NCBI GenBank assembly: GCA_963663035.1 | Contig: OY760074.1 | Coordinates: 2,208,001-2,272,000 of the forward strand | Direction: 5' to 3' | From: Acidobacteriota bacterium | GTDB lineage: Bacteria > Acidobacteriota > UBA6911 > RPQK01 > JADFOI01 | DNA length: 64,000 nucleotides | Shown: piece after piece, positions 31,641 through 41,876 of the stretch | Numbering within the stretch: the stretch's first letter is position 1 | Layout: each line of letters starts with the position of its first letter | Made by a program: the position numbers and the translations under genes | The notes under the pieces: generated by a model | Databases searched by the model: none | Seen by the model: the letters and a program-made list of their open reading frames with translations, nothing else | What the model was told of the DNA's origin: nothing

Positions 31641-33588
31641 TCGTAGGGACGGACTCACCCTCGAGGAGATATTCAAACCTGGCGGCATTCTCGAACGCCG
31701 CTTCCCTTCCTATGAGAATCGACCCTCCCAGCGTGTCATAGCCGAGGCTGTGCTGGATGCCATTCGCAATCGCTATCCTCTGTGTGTCGAAGCCGGAACA
31801 GGAACCGGTAAGACACTGGCTTACCTGATTCCGTCTCTTTTTAGCAACCAGCGCGTGATCGTTTCGACAGCCACCAAGAATCTGCAGGACCAACTTTTCT
31901 CTAAAGATATCCCCTTTATCCGCGAACACCTCTTTCCCAGCTTGTCGGTAACCTACATGAAGGGGAGACAAAACTATCTCTGTTTACGAAAGCTCCAAGA
32001 GCAGAGTCCGCAGGGAGAGGGTTTTGAGGGAGCCCAGGAGCAGTGGGAGGCCCTGTCCAAGTGGGTACAGCAGACAGAGACCGGGGAGCGCTCCGAATTG
32101 AGTTGGATGGGTGATGAGGATGTTCTTTGGAGACATCTTGATGCTCGAAGCGACACCTGCACAGGGCAAAGGTGCTCGCTCTTTGACCAGTGCTACGTGA
32201 CCCGAATGCGCCAGAGGGCTCTGGAGTCCGATCTGATCGTGGTCAACCATGCGCTGTTATTCGCACATCTGGCCCTTGAAAACGATGAGATCGGCTGCCT
32301 GCTGCCCAATTTTTCCGTCCTTATTCTGGATGAAGCCCACGAAGTTGAGGAGATTGCAGCCAACCACTTCGGAAAGCGGATCAGCCACTATCAGATCGAA
32401 GAGTTTTGCCGTCAGTCCGGTAAAGTTTTTTCGGACTCTGCCGAGTTAGCAGGCCTGGTGGCTAAGGTTCAAGCCTCTTCAACCGCTTTTTTCAACTCAT
32501 TTCCGGGCCTCATGGGGCGCTATTCCCTGAATTTTTATCAGCAACCGGACGGGATGACCCTCGACCTGCGCACTGAAGTTCTCGAAGAGTTCCGACGGCT
32601 GCAACGATCACTTCTGGCCCTCCACCACAACCTCCAGAACCAGAGTCAACTCCCAGGCGATTCCGATCCGCTGGTTCGTCGCCTGGAACAGATGTCGGCT
32701 ACCTTGGAAGAGATCTTTAACCTGGAAGACTCCGAAAACGTTTACTGGTTCGAGAAGAGGTCGCGAGGAGTCTTTCTCCATGTCAACCCAATCGAAGTCG
32801 CGCCGATCCTACGGGAGAAGCTCTTTTCAAGAACCGACACAACCATTCTCACATCGGCCACTCTCACCACCAATAACGATTTCGAATACTTCAAGGAAAG
32901 ACTGGGTATTCCGGAGCCCAGGGAAGTGATTGCAGCCAGCGAATTCAACTATTCAGAACAAGCCATTCTCTACATCCCTCGGTCCTTTCCTGAGCCCCGC
33001 TCACCCCATTATCTCCCCCGTGCTCTCACTGAGATTCAGGAGATTCTTGGCATTACCCGAGGATATGCCTTCTTGCTTTTCACCAGTTTCGCTCACATGA
33101 ATTGTGTTTATGAAGCCCTCCGTGAAAGGACTTCTTTTCCACTGCTACGGCAGGGAGATCTGCCCAAGAATCAGCTGCTGGAGAGGTTCAGAGCAACACC
33201 CCACGCCGTGCTCTGCGCGACCTCCAGTTTTTGGCAGGGAGTGGACGTTCAGGGCGATGCTTTACGTGCTGTCATTATTGACAAATTGCCTTTTCTCGTG
33301 CCCACTGAGCCCCTGGTCGCTGCCCGCATTAACTGGCTGGAAAAAGAGGGAGCCAATCCCTTTCTGCGCTACACTGTTCCCCAAGCCATTATTACCCTGA
33401 AGCAAGGGTTGGGCAGGCTTATCCGGTCCCGTCAGGACCGGGGAATTCTGGCTGTCCTTGACACACGGCTTCGCACTCGGAGTTACGGCAAGCTCTTCCT
33501 GCAAAGCTTGCCAAATTGTGCCGTAACCGATAAAATTGAAGAGTTACGAGACTTCTGTCAGGAAAAAGCATCAGGAATAAAGAGATAG
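31630..33588 (+). CDS. DinG/YoaA-family Fe-S ATP-dependent helicase
   Basis: [17 protein letters not shown], Fe-S cysteines, [13 protein letters not shown]. Confidence 0.92.
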   Translation: MSGNRRDGLTLEEIFKPGGILERRFPSYENRPSQRVIAEAVLDAIRNRYPLCVEAGTGTGKTLAYLIPSLFSNQRVIVSTATKNLQDQLFSKDIPFIREHLFPSLSVTYMKGRQNYLCLRKLQEQSPQGEGFEGAQEQWEALSKWVQQTETGERSELSWMGDEDVLWRHLDARSDTCTGQRCSLFDQCYVTRMRQRALESDLIVVNHALLFAHLALENDEIGCLLPNFSVLILDEAHEVEEIAANHFGKRISHYQIEEFCRQSGKVFSDSAELAGLVAKVQASSTAFFNSFPGLMGRYSLNFYQQPDGMTLDLRTEVLEEFRRLQRSLLALHHNLQNQSQLPGDSDPLVRRLEQMSATLEEIFNLEDSENVYWFEKRSRGVFLHVNPIEVAPILREKLFSRTDTTILTSATLTTNNDFEYFKERLGIPEPREVIAASEFNYSEQAILYIPRSFPEPRSPHYLPRALTEIQEILGITRGYAFLLFTSFAHMNCVYEALRERTSFPLLRQGDLPKNQLLERFRATPHAVLCATSSFWQGVDVQGDALRAVIIDKLPFLVPTEPLVAARINWLEKEGANPFLRYTVPQAIITLKQGLGRLIRSRQDRGILAVLDTRLRTRSYGKLFLQSLPNCAVTDKIEELRDFCQEKASGIKR

Positions 33589-33602
33589 AAGGGAGTCAAT
33601 AT

Positions 33603-34619
33603 ATGAAGGGCAACACCACAAGAATTCTTCTCTTTACCCTTTTTTCAACTTTGTTCATCGCCCACCTTCATGCTCAACTCGGTGCCGTGTGGGGAACAGT
33701 AGCAGACGAGGAGGGTAATCCTATCGAGGACGTCTTGATCAGAATCGAAGGCATGGAATCTACAAGAAAGTACCAGGTCGAGACCGACTCAAAGGGTCAA
33801 TTCCTGCACACAACAGTCACACGACAGGGGACTTACCGTGTCATAGCCCAAAAAGAAGGCTACGAAAGCACTTACATAGAAAACCTGCGAGTTGGCACTG
33901 ATCGGAGTGATAGGACCGGAAACGTCGAGTTCACCATGGTCAGGGGGAAGGCAGGCCTGTTAGCTTTTGAAATGAGTGATGAAGACATGGAGGCGCTAGT
34001 AGTATCCGCTGAGGAGGCGGAAAAGCTTGCAGAATCCGCTGAGGAAGTCAGACTCAATCTCGATCAAGGGCTGGCACTATACAATCAAGGGCAATACGAG
34101 CAAGCTCTGGAGATTTTCAACGCTGCAGCGGCATTGGATGGGAAGCAACCGACACTGTGGGCCAATGTTGGCAACGCCTACTCGAAAATGAATCAGCATG
34201 AGCAGGCTATTGTGGCCTATGCTAAGGCGATCGCGCTGGCGCCGGAGGACCACACTCTTTATCAGAATCTGGGTGGCATCTATGGCGCCATGGGGAATAC
34301 GGCAAAGGCTCAGGAACTCTATGAAAAGGCAGTCGGTCTCAGTGCCTATGGGGATCCCAAGGATGCCGCCGTCAACTACTACAATATGGGCGTCACCTTC
34401 ATCAACGCCGGTCAGAGTGCAGAAGCCGTCGAGGCTCTCACCAAAGCGATCGAGGCGGATCCTGCCCACGCAGAATCACACTACCAATTGGGGATCTCGC
34501 TGCTGGGAAACAACGAGCTGGAAGGAAGTCTGGAGCACCTGAGCTCCTACCTTGAGCTTTCCCCGAACGGACCCAATGTCGACGCGGCTAAGTCGCTGAT
34601 CGAAATGCTTGGACCTTAG
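33603..34619 (+). CDS. Secreted carboxypeptidase-regulatory-like domain plus TPR protein
   Basis: Signal peptide, GTVADEEGNPI...TDSKGQF beta-sandwich, several TPRs. Confidence 0.8.
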   Translation: MKGNTTRILLFTLFSTLFIAHLHAQLGAVWGTVADEEGNPIEDVLIRIEGMESTRKYQVETDSKGQFLHTTVTRQGTYRVIAQKEGYESTYIENLRVGTDRSDRTGNVEFTMVRGKAGLLAFEMSDEDMEALVVSAEEAEKLAESAEEVRLNLDQGLALYNQGQYEQALEIFNAAAALDGKQPTLWANVGNAYSKMNQHEQAIVAYAKAIALAPEDHTLYQNLGGIYGAMGNTAKAQELYEKAVGLSAYGDPKDAAVNYYNMGVTFINAGQSAEAVEALTKAIEADPAHAESHYQLGISLLGNNELEGSLEHLSSYLELSPNGPNVDAAKSLIEMLGP

Positions 34620-34666
34620 TACTCACTGAGCTAACAAGGCTCGGAGTTTCTACGCGTTTAATCTAG

Positions 34667-34870
34667 CCCGAATTATTCATAGGTTCTCGTCATGAAGCGG
34701 CGAAAGCGCCGGTCTGACAAGGCGCGCGAGGGGTACCCGCCACGGGTCGGCTCCCGCAAACGTACTCTTGAGTACGTTGAGGAGGCGAGGGGTACCCGCT
34801 TGCGGGTCGCGCAACGCTGGCGGGGCGGATGATTTAGCCGCTGCAGTAGAGAATTTGTGAATAATCCGGG
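34667..34870 (+). mobile_element. MITE family 1, copy C
   Basis: CTAG|CCCGAATTATTCATAGG ... TGTGAATAATCCGGG|CTGA. Confidence 0.88.
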
Positions 34871-34876
34871 CTGACG

Positions 34877-35566
34877 TCACTTGTAGCGCTCAGCTGCCTG
34901 GCAGCCTAACTGAGCCAGATCAGAAAGTGCCGACAATGCAGCTTGGCGAACCTCTTCGCTATCATCCTCGGTTAGCGAAATCATTTCCTGCAAGACGGTA
35001 TCGGGAAGCTCGCTGGGGCGGTGCCAATAAGCCACAGCCAGTTCCATGACTGCCTGGGCACGCAGCTCTGTGTCCTTTTCCCTCATGAGATTGGTCAGTT
35101 CTTTCACCGCAACCACGGCACCTTGCTGCGCGAGATTTCCAATGGCTGAAAGAACCCAGCTCTTTCGATGGGAAACCAAAGGGCTCCCTCGGGAGGCCAG
35201 CTTGTAAATGTTCAGAAGCAGCTCAACGGCCTGGCCATCCCCCATCTCCCCCAGAGCGTTAATTATGGAGGCTTGCAAAGACCCGGTGCCCTTACCCTTA
35301 AAGGTGGCAGGCCTCATGAAAACTTTGTAGAGAGGCTCAATGGCGCGGGGATCGCCGAGGCTGCCAAGAGCCACAGCAGAGAATTCTCTTTGCTCCCGTT
35401 TCCCCGATTGGAGAAGCTTGAGAAGAGGATCAAAAAACAAGGGAGAGCGGACGATGCTGATGTGAGGAAGGGCCTCATAAAGCTTCTTTTCGTTTCCCTC
35501 CTCCAGAATTTTCAGACAGGTCTCAGTAAGCCTCTCGCGACCGCCAATGTCTGTGCCACGATACAT
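34877..35566 (-). CDS. HEAT-repeat protein
   Basis: ALGSLGDPRAIEPL, ALGEMGD, DDSEEVRQAALSAL repeats. Confidence 0.8.
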   Translation of the reverse strand: MYRGTDIGGRERLTETCLKILEEGNEKKLYEALPHISIVRSPLFFDPLLKLLQSGKREQREFSAVALGSLGDPRAIEPLYKVFMRPATFKGKGTGSLQASIINALGEMGDGQAVELLLNIYKLASRGSPLVSHRKSWVLSAIGNLAQQGAVVAVKELTNLMREKDTELRAQAVMELAVAYWHRPSELPDTVLQEMISLTEDDSEEVRQAALSALSDLAQLGCQAAERYK

Positions 35567-35738
35567 AGTTTCTCAGCGAGTCCGAGTAGAGGAAAGGTCG
35601 TATGCATTTTCGCTCACCATGAAATTCTACCGTTGAAGACCCCAGTTTGGCATGGGCAATCTCCACTCCCTAAGCAACTCCTTTCCTCAAAGCATCCAAG
35701 GCTTTTTTAGACATTATTATGATAACATACACCCTTCT

Positions 35739-36338
35739 ATGCACAGCAAACAGTTGGTTACCGGCGCGGTCGGAATAGTGATCGGCTTTATCCTGGGATT
35801 CTTTACTTTTCAGGTTCTCGTGCAAGACCCATCAGGAGTGGGCGAACAGGGGTCTGCGACCAGCGCTTCAGCTTCCTCTCAGCTTCCAGCGGAGCATCCT
35901 CCCGAGGAAGTGATGGAAAGCCTGCGCGAACTTCAGAGCCTGGCACAAACTGATCCACAGGACAGTCAGGTCCGAATATCAATCGGAGATTCCTATTACG
36001 ATATGGGCCGCTTCGATGCAGCGATCGATTGGTATGAACAAGCCCTGCAGCTGGAACCGAACAATGTGAACGTACGGACTGATCTTGGAACCGCTTACTT
36101 GTACAGCGGCAACCCAATCAAGGCCGTGGACCGGTACAAACGATCGCTCGAAATCGAACCTGACCATGTCCAGACACTGCAGAATATTAGTGTGGCCTAC
36201 CTTTCGACCAGCAACTATGCCGAAGCGGTCGCGAATTTGGAAAAGCTGCTCGAGTTTCATCCAGACTATCCTCAGCGACAGGAAATCGAGCAGCAGATTG
36301 CGTCTATAAGAAACAACATGCAAGGAGATCCTCCTTAA
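35739..36338 (+). CDS. Membrane-anchored TPR protein
   Basis: N-terminal TM, LPAEHPP linker, three TPRs; start reassigned to MHSKQL. Confidence 0.78.
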   Translation: MHSKQLVTGAVGIVIGFILGFFTFQVLVQDPSGVGEQGSATSASASSQLPAEHPPEEVMESLRELQSLAQTDPQDSQVRISIGDSYYDMGRFDAAIDWYEQALQLEPNNVNVRTDLGTAYLYSGNPIKAVDRYKRSLEIEPDHVQTLQNISVAYLSTSNYAEAVANLEKLLEFHPDYPQRQEIEQQIASIRNNMQGDPP

Positions 36339-36608
36339 GTACTCCCTTTGAAAAATACGATGACGTTTGCGGATGGGGCTTGCGAGGCGAGGTCGCGAAG
36401 GGAGGAGGAGGCGATGCAGAGACATCGACGACGACGAGAGACAAAGAGATCGCCCGCAACCCCCATCCGCCCAAAGGGTTGGGGCGGGATGGGCCCATCT
36501 CTTTGTTGCTCCTCCTCGCCGATGTCTCGACATCGACTCGTCGTCGCGCCTCGATCTGGGCTCCGTCGCGCTCCCAACAAACGTCATCGTATTTTTGAAA
36601 GTGAGTAC
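36339..36608 (+). mobile_element. MITE family 2, copy 1 (270 bp)
   Basis: 31-bp TIR GTACTCCCTTTGAAAAATACGATGACGTTTG / CAAACGTCATCGTATTTTTGAAAGTGAGTAC flanked by TAA on both sides. Confidence 0.9.
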
Positions 36609-36613
36609 TAAAG

Positions 36614-36928
36614 ATGGTCTGGATCAGCAGGATTCTTTATTTTCTTCTCTTGTTGGTCGGCTTCAGATTGATCGGCTCCTTTTTCGCCCGAGTTTTCACT
36701 GCATCGAAGAACGCAAGAGCCAGATCAGGTGCCGGCTCAAACCAAGCTGGAAAAACGATTGCCGGTCAAATGATCAAGGACCCCCAATGCGGCATGTACG
36801 TCGCCACGGACTTGGCGGTTGCGGCGGAAGTGAACGGACAAACTTTTCACTTTTGCTCCGAGGAGTGCCGCAATCACTTCATCAACGAGCAAGTGAGGAA
36901 CAACCGAACTAACAGACAAGCGGTGTGA
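36614..36928 (+). CDS. YHS/TRASH domain membrane protein
   Basis: KDPQCGMYV...FHFCSEEC after an N-terminal TM. Confidence 0.85.
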   Translation: MVWISRILYFLLLLVGFRLIGSFFARVFTASKNARARSGAGSNQAGKTIAGQMIKDPQCGMYVATDLAVAAEVNGQTFHFCSEECRNHFINEQVRNNRTNRQAV

Positions 36929-36974
36929 CCATGCCCGTGGTTTCCTGCACCACCCTGCCACGAGGGCCCTTTCT

Positions 36975-37829
36975 GTGAAAATTGGTATCGTAGCTAAACC
37001 CCACAGCACGAATTTTGCTGCCACTCTGGAGGAAGTCTTGACGTGGCTGCGAGCTCGGGGCTGCGAGATCATTGTGGAGGACAGCATCGTTCAGACTGTG
37101 AAGCTGAAGGACGTGGTCACCGCAACTCGGGAGAAACTTGCAGAGCTAGTGGATGTCATCGTGGTCTTCGGTGGGGACGGCACCATGCTCTCCGTGGCGC
37201 GGTCTATTCAAGGTCGCGCCACTCCGATTCTCGGCGTCAATATGGGTTCTCTGGGATTCCTGACCGAAATAACGCTGGATGAACTCTATCCTACACTGGA
37301 GCAGCTGTTGGAAGGCAAGCACACGATCGATCGCCGTAGTATGCTCAAAATTGAGGTCCTGAGCACCAACGGTTCAGTGAGAACCTACCACGCCCTCAAC
37401 GACGCCGTCATCAACAAAGGAGCGATGGCCCGGATCATTAGCATGGACACATTTGTCAATGAGGACTTCATTGCTAATTTTCCGGCCGACGGGATGATTA
37501 TCTCCACTCCTACAGGCTCTACAGCATATTCTCTGTCAGCCGGCGGTCCAGTCCTCTATCCAACCCTTGACTCCGTGGTGCTGACTCCCATTTGTTCCCA
37601 CACACTGACCAATCGTCCCTTGGTGATTCCGGCGGAAAACAGCATTCGTGTGGTGGTGAAATCCGGTGAAGATGTCATGTTGACGGTTGATGGCCAGGTG
37701 GGGGTGGCCTTGAAGGAGGGAGAAGAGATTCGCTGTTCCCAGTCAGACTATCGGATCGAACTGATTCAGCCCGGCAATAAAGGCTTCTTCGATGTTCTCC
37801 GGGAGAAGTTAAAGTGGGGAGAAAGGTAG
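36975..37829 (+). CDS. nadK: NAD(+) kinase
   Basis: GGDGTML, GSLGFL, LND, STPTGSTAYSLSAGG. Confidence 0.96.
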   Translation: MKIGIVAKPHSTNFAATLEEVLTWLRARGCEIIVEDSIVQTVKLKDVVTATREKLAELVDVIVVFGGDGTMLSVARSIQGRATPILGVNMGSLGFLTEITLDELYPTLEQLLEGKHTIDRRSMLKIEVLSTNGSVRTYHALNDAVINKGAMARIISMDTFVNEDFIANFPADGMIISTPTGSTAYSLSAGGPVLYPTLDSVVLTPICSHTLTNRPLVIPAENSIRVVVKSGEDVMLTVDGQVGVALKEGEEIRCSQSDYRIELIQPGNKGFFDVLREKLKWGER

Positions 37830-37847
37830 AGCTCGCTACGCGGGCCT

Positions 37848-38891
37848 ATGCAATTCGGAATCGTTCTGGACAGCATCTTTACACGCCATTCTACGCCAGC
37901 AGGGCATCCAGAACGGCCCGCGCGGATTGAGGCAATCCTGGAAGCCGTTGAAAGGTGGGACCAAACCCGACAGTTAGTGCGAATCGCACCCAGCCCTGTG
38001 CCAGAGGAGTCGATCCTTGCCGTGCACACCAGCGAGCACTTTCAAGGCATCCGGCGCACGGCTGGGCAGAGCGTTGCTCAGCTCGATCCGGATACCTACA
38101 CCAGTCCTGATTCATTCCAGACTGCCATTCTGGCAGCCGGAAGCGTTGTGACTCTCCTGGACCAGTTACTGGAAAAGCACATCGACTCTGGATTTGCCCT
38201 GATTCGGCCACCGGGCCACCATGCTGAGAGCAACCGGGCGATGGGATTTTGTCTCCTCAACAACGTCGCGGTTGCTGCCGAGTGGGCTATCAGCAACGGT
38301 GGGTTAGAGAAGGTGGCCATTGTTGATTTTGACGTCCACCACGGAAACGGAACTCAGGAGATCTTCTACTCGCGGTCCGATGTACTCTACCTGTCCACCC
38401 ATCAGTATCCCTTTTACCCAGGGACCGGTCATTTCAATGAGATGGGTGAGAGTCAGGGTGAAGGCTTCACCGTCAACTTTCCGCTTCGCGCCGGCGGTGG
38501 AAATCATTTTTACTGCTCTCTCTTCAGTGACTTCGTGCTTCCTATGATTCGCCAATTTGATCCCAACCTGATTTTGGTTTCAGCCGGCTACGATGCCCAC
38601 AGGAGTGATCCCCTGGCCGGCATGAATCTCGAAACAGAGGGATTCGGTCAGCTCTTCAATCTGCTCAACTCCGTAGCACAAGAGATTTGTGAGGGTCGTA
38701 TCGTGTATGTCCTGGAAGGAGGGTACAACTTGAAGGCCTTGTCGGAGGCCGTTGTCTGTTCCATTGCCACAACAGTGAATCCCCAAAACTTTCCAATCCA
38801 GGAGGAGCAGGCCGTGGAATACATGAATTATCGAGAACAGGCACGGCAGGTTTTCTCGCGCCACTGGGAAGTGGGGAACGCTAACCACTGA
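37848..38891 (+). CDS. Histone deacetylase family Zn amidohydrolase
   Basis: HPERPAR, RPPGHHA, DFDVHHGNGT, SAGYD, LEGGY. Confidence 0.95.
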   Translation: MQFGIVLDSIFTRHSTPAGHPERPARIEAILEAVERWDQTRQLVRIAPSPVPEESILAVHTSEHFQGIRRTAGQSVAQLDPDTYTSPDSFQTAILAAGSVVTLLDQLLEKHIDSGFALIRPPGHHAESNRAMGFCLLNNVAVAAEWAISNGGLEKVAIVDFDVHHGNGTQEIFYSRSDVLYLSTHQYPFYPGTGHFNEMGESQGEGFTVNFPLRAGGGNHFYCSLFSDFVLPMIRQFDPNLILVSAGYDAHRSDPLAGMNLETEGFGQLFNLLNSVAQEICEGRIVYVLEGGYNLKALSEAVVCSIATTVNPQNFPIQEEQAVEYMNYREQARQVFSRHWEVGNANH

Positions 38892-38942
38892 CCACTGACC
38901 ACTGACCACTGACAACTGACAACTGACAGCTGACAGCTGACA
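38880..38942. repeat. Heptamer tandem array (9 units, RCTGACM)
   Basis: gctaacc (actgacc)x3 (actgaca)x3 (gctgaca)x2; contains the HDAC stop. Confidence 0.92.
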
Positions 38943-38949
38943 TGGGAGT

Positions 38950-39723
38950 TCAGAAGTCGGGCTGGCCGGCTCTTTCCCAGGCCATCCACCACAGGGAGCC
39001 CACTCGATAAGCGGCTTGATTCAAGCGCTCTTCCACGACCGTTCCCACTTGGTCAAACAGAAGGCTGAAGTACTGATCAGGGTATTGCTTTCGGTCTATT
39101 CCCAATTCTGAAACGATCCGTCGATCGGCCAGGAGAATCTTCTCCACCCACTGGTGACTCTCCAGAACAATATCGTAAAGCGTCGGCTGTACCTGTCCAA
39201 GATCGGTTGGAGCGGATTCCGAAAAATGAATCTGGTCAAGATTGAAATTCACCAGGTCACTTTCAAATCGAGCATGGAGCCCCACCTGTCCCGTGAGCTG
39301 ACCGTCGAAGTTCTCGGTGGTATGAAAAGGTTGGTGAAGATCAGCCACATAGTGGGAGAGATCTGAGCCGTAAAGCAAGATCTGTTCAAGATCCCGGCGC
39401 TGGAAGGCTTCGACCAGTCGGTTGAAGGTCCCGTGCGCTGCCCACAGGCCGGTCCCGTTTCTCTGTACTGTCTCTTCCCCCAACTGACCGACTAACTGGC
39501 CGTAATCCAGTTCGAGAAGGGAGAAGGGGAACTCACCATATCGTTCCAGATCAACAAAGTGGCGAGAGGATTCCTCCGGATCCCGATCCTTTCGGTAATC
39601 AGGGACCATGGTTTGCGCAACGACGCTGCTGCGGTGCTTCGAAAGGAGCTCTTCGAGATGCCCCTCGAGGTTATCGATAGCCCTGTTGGTCACCCAGTGG
39701 TGCCCGCTGGGACCCCAGGCCAA
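38950..39723 (-). CDS. S1/P1 nuclease / Zn phospholipase C-fold protein; start uncertain
   Basis: WGPSGH N-terminal motif, HFVD, HYVADLHQPFH, LHARFE. Confidence 0.8.
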   Translation of the reverse strand: MAWGPSGHHWVTNRAIDNLEGHLEELLSKHRSSVVAQTMVPDYRKDRDPEESSRHFVDLERYGEFPFSLLELDYGQLVGQLGEETVQRNGTGLWAAHGTFNRLVEAFQRRDLEQILLYGSDLSHYVADLHQPFHTTENFDGQLTGQVGLHARFESDLVNFNLDQIHFSESAPTDLGQVQPTLYDIVLESHQWVEKILLADRRIVSELGIDRKQYPDQYFSLLFDQVGTVVEERLNQAAYRVGSLWWMAWERAGQPDF

Positions 39724-39776
39724 ACACTCCGATGTGAAAAAAACACAGAAGCAGACAATCGAAAAGAGGGGAAGGC

Positions 39777-40055
39777 TTAGACTGCCTGTTGGAATTTTCG
39801 TTTCAACTCCTCAGGCAGTCGATAGACGATCTGGCACGTTTCGCACTTGAGAAGAATAAGTTTTGGATCTTCCGGAAACTCTTGCCTGATCTCTTCGCGC
39901 AACTGCTTATCCGGCTCGTTGTAGTAACCGGCGAAAGGATGGTAGCGCTTGAGCCCTCCATGGCAGGGCTTTCCTTTGCCACCTGGCGCGGTACAAACTA
40001 CCTGTTTCGGTACAAGGTCTTTGATCACAGAATTCCCCCTGTTAAAGCTCTCCAT
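39777..40055 (-). CDS. Small Cys-containing hypothetical protein
   Basis: Four cysteines (C-x9-C ... CETC); co-oriented between polX and the nuclease. Confidence 0.6.
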   Translation of the reverse strand: MESFNRGNSVIKDLVPKQVVCTAPGGKGKPCHGGLKRYHPFAGYYNEPDKQLREEIRQEFPEDPKLILLKCETCQIVYRLPEELKRKFQQAV

Positions 40056-40090
40056 TGTAGCGAACAGGACTTACAGATTCCACGTTTCCC

Positions 40091-40118
40091 TGTCAGGTGT
40101 CAGCTGTCAGTGGTCAGC
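40091..40118. repeat. Heptamer tandem array (4 units)
   Basis: tgtcagg tgtcagc tgtcagt ggtcagc; contains the polX stop. Confidence 0.8.
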
Positions 40119-41871
40119 GTTTCCCATATTTCTCTTTTTTCAGCACTCTGGTCAGCTCTTCAAGTGGGTAGGTATTAATTACATCCTTTGCTTCCAGCCA
40201 ACCACGTCTGGCAGTAAAGACTCCATATTCGGTATAGCGAAGCATTCGGAGGTTGTGACTGTCGGAGTTGATACTGATCAAGGCTCCCTGATCGCAGGCC
40301 ATACGACAGTGAACGTCGCTCAAGTCCAGGCGCTCCGGGTAGGCGTTGATCTCCAAACACACCCTGTTCTCTCGAGCTGTTTTAATCACCTGCTCCAAGT
40401 CAACCGCATAGGGTGCTCGTCGTGTGAGCAGACGCCCGGTGGGATGAGCCAGGATATTCACATTAGGGTTCTCCAGGGCACGACAGATTCTCAAAGTCAT
40501 CTCCTTGCGGGTAAGATTGAACCGGCTGTGTACTGAAGCAATGACAACATCCAGGCGGGAAAGGACTTCATCGCTCAGATCCAGTTCCCCCTCACTCAGG
40601 ATGTCGACCTCAATTCCTTTGAAAATGTGAATCTTAGAGATCTGGGATGCCACCCGGTCGATCTCCTCAATTTGATCAAGAAGCCTTTTTTCATCCAGTC
40701 CACGGGCCATAGCCAGAGCCTTGCTATGGTCCGTAATGGCAATGTATTGATATCCCGCTTGTATCCCGGCTGCGGCCATCTCCTGGATCGTGTTCCGACC
40801 ATCGGTGGCCTTTGTGTGCATATGCAAATCGCCGCGAATGTCTTCTAGTTTGATCAGATCAGGCAATCGGCCAGTTTCCGCCTTTTCAATTTCTCCTCGG
40901 TTTTCTCTAAGCTCGGGTGGTATGGGTGACAGTTTCAACAGCCTGTAGATATCCTCTTCACTTTCACCGGCCACTTTCTCTGGAAGATCCTTTTTCTCTC
41001 CATTGCCGAGCCGAAAGAGACCATATTCACTAATCTTGTAACCCATACGTTTGGCTCTTTCTCGCAGGGCGACGTTATGTGCTTTGGAGCCAGTAAAATA
41101 CTGGAGGGCGGCGCCAAAGGATTCATCCTCCAGCACTCGCAGATCGGCTTGGAGTCCTCGGCCCAAGACGACTGAGGCTTTGGTGTCTCCTTTGGCCAAC
41201 ACCTCTTTGACATCGCGATGTTCAGTGAAGGCATCGATGACTTCCACAGGAGACTCACAGGTCACCAGGATATCGATATCGCCAACGGTTTCGCGTCTAC
41301 GCCTCACGCTGCCGGCGGCCGCAATTCGCTTGACCTTGACCCTCGATCGAAGGTCATCCATTATTCCCTGGCAGATTTCGATGCCGTCGTCGAGGCGAAA
41401 GCGACCTTGGAGAAGTCGATGGTCCTGGATGGCCTTAAGAATCTTCGCCTCGCTTTTTTCCCCCATCCCCGGCAAGGATCGCAACTGTTCCCCTCGAGCC
41501 GCCTTCTCCAACTCATCAATGGTGCTGATATTCAGGGTCTTCCAAAACAACCTGATCTTCTTGGGGCCCAGGTTCTGTAATTCCAGCAGAGTGAGAAGTG
41601 ACGGAGGGATCTCCTTCTTTAAATCTTCAAAGTCCTGGCTTCGTCCGGTCTCGGCAATCTCCTGGATCATACCGATCGTGCCTTTTCCGATCCCAGAGAT
41701 GCTGCGAAGCTTTTCGGCGTCCTCCTGAGAGGCATGAGCACCATTGAAGCTGAGATCCCGAATGATTTGAGCGGCTCTCCGGAAGGATCGGATTCGAAAG
41801 GGATTACCTTCCTGAATCTCGAGAATATCCGCAATATCGCTGAAGATCCTGGCCAGCTCTTTGTTCTCCAT
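40114..41871 (-). CDS. polX: DNA polymerase X with PHP domain
   Basis: GSVRRRRETVGDIDIL, YFTGSKAHN, DLHMHT, ITDHS, INSDSH. Confidence 0.96.
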   Translation of the reverse strand: MENKELARIFSDIADILEIQEGNPFRIRSFRRAAQIIRDLSFNGAHASQEDAEKLRSISGIGKGTIGMIQEIAETGRSQDFEDLKKEIPPSLLTLLELQNLGPKKIRLFWKTLNISTIDELEKAARGEQLRSLPGMGEKSEAKILKAIQDHRLLQGRFRLDDGIEICQGIMDDLRSRVKVKRIAAAGSVRRRRETVGDIDILVTCESPVEVIDAFTEHRDVKEVLAKGDTKASVVLGRGLQADLRVLEDESFGAALQYFTGSKAHNVALRERAKRMGYKISEYGLFRLGNGEKKDLPEKVAGESEEDIYRLLKLSPIPPELRENRGEIEKAETGRLPDLIKLEDIRGDLHMHTKATDGRNTIQEMAAAGIQAGYQYIAITDHSKALAMARGLDEKRLLDQIEEIDRVASQISKIHIFKGIEVDILSEGELDLSDEVLSRLDVVIASVHSRFNLTRKEMTLRICRALENPNVNILAHPTGRLLTRRAPYAVDLEQVIKTARENRVCLEINAYPERLDLSDVHCRMACDQGALISINSDSHNLRMLRYTEYGVFTARRGWLEAKDVINTYPLEELTRVLKKEKYGKR

Positions 41872-41876
41872 TAGTC

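Noticed and set aside
36304-36912. Several short ORFs on both strands across the family-2 MITE
   Set aside because: GC-rich palindromic DNA leaves frames open; no protein-like features
38880-38942. Possible CRISPR array
   Set aside because: 7-bp tandem units without spacers; no cas genes in the window
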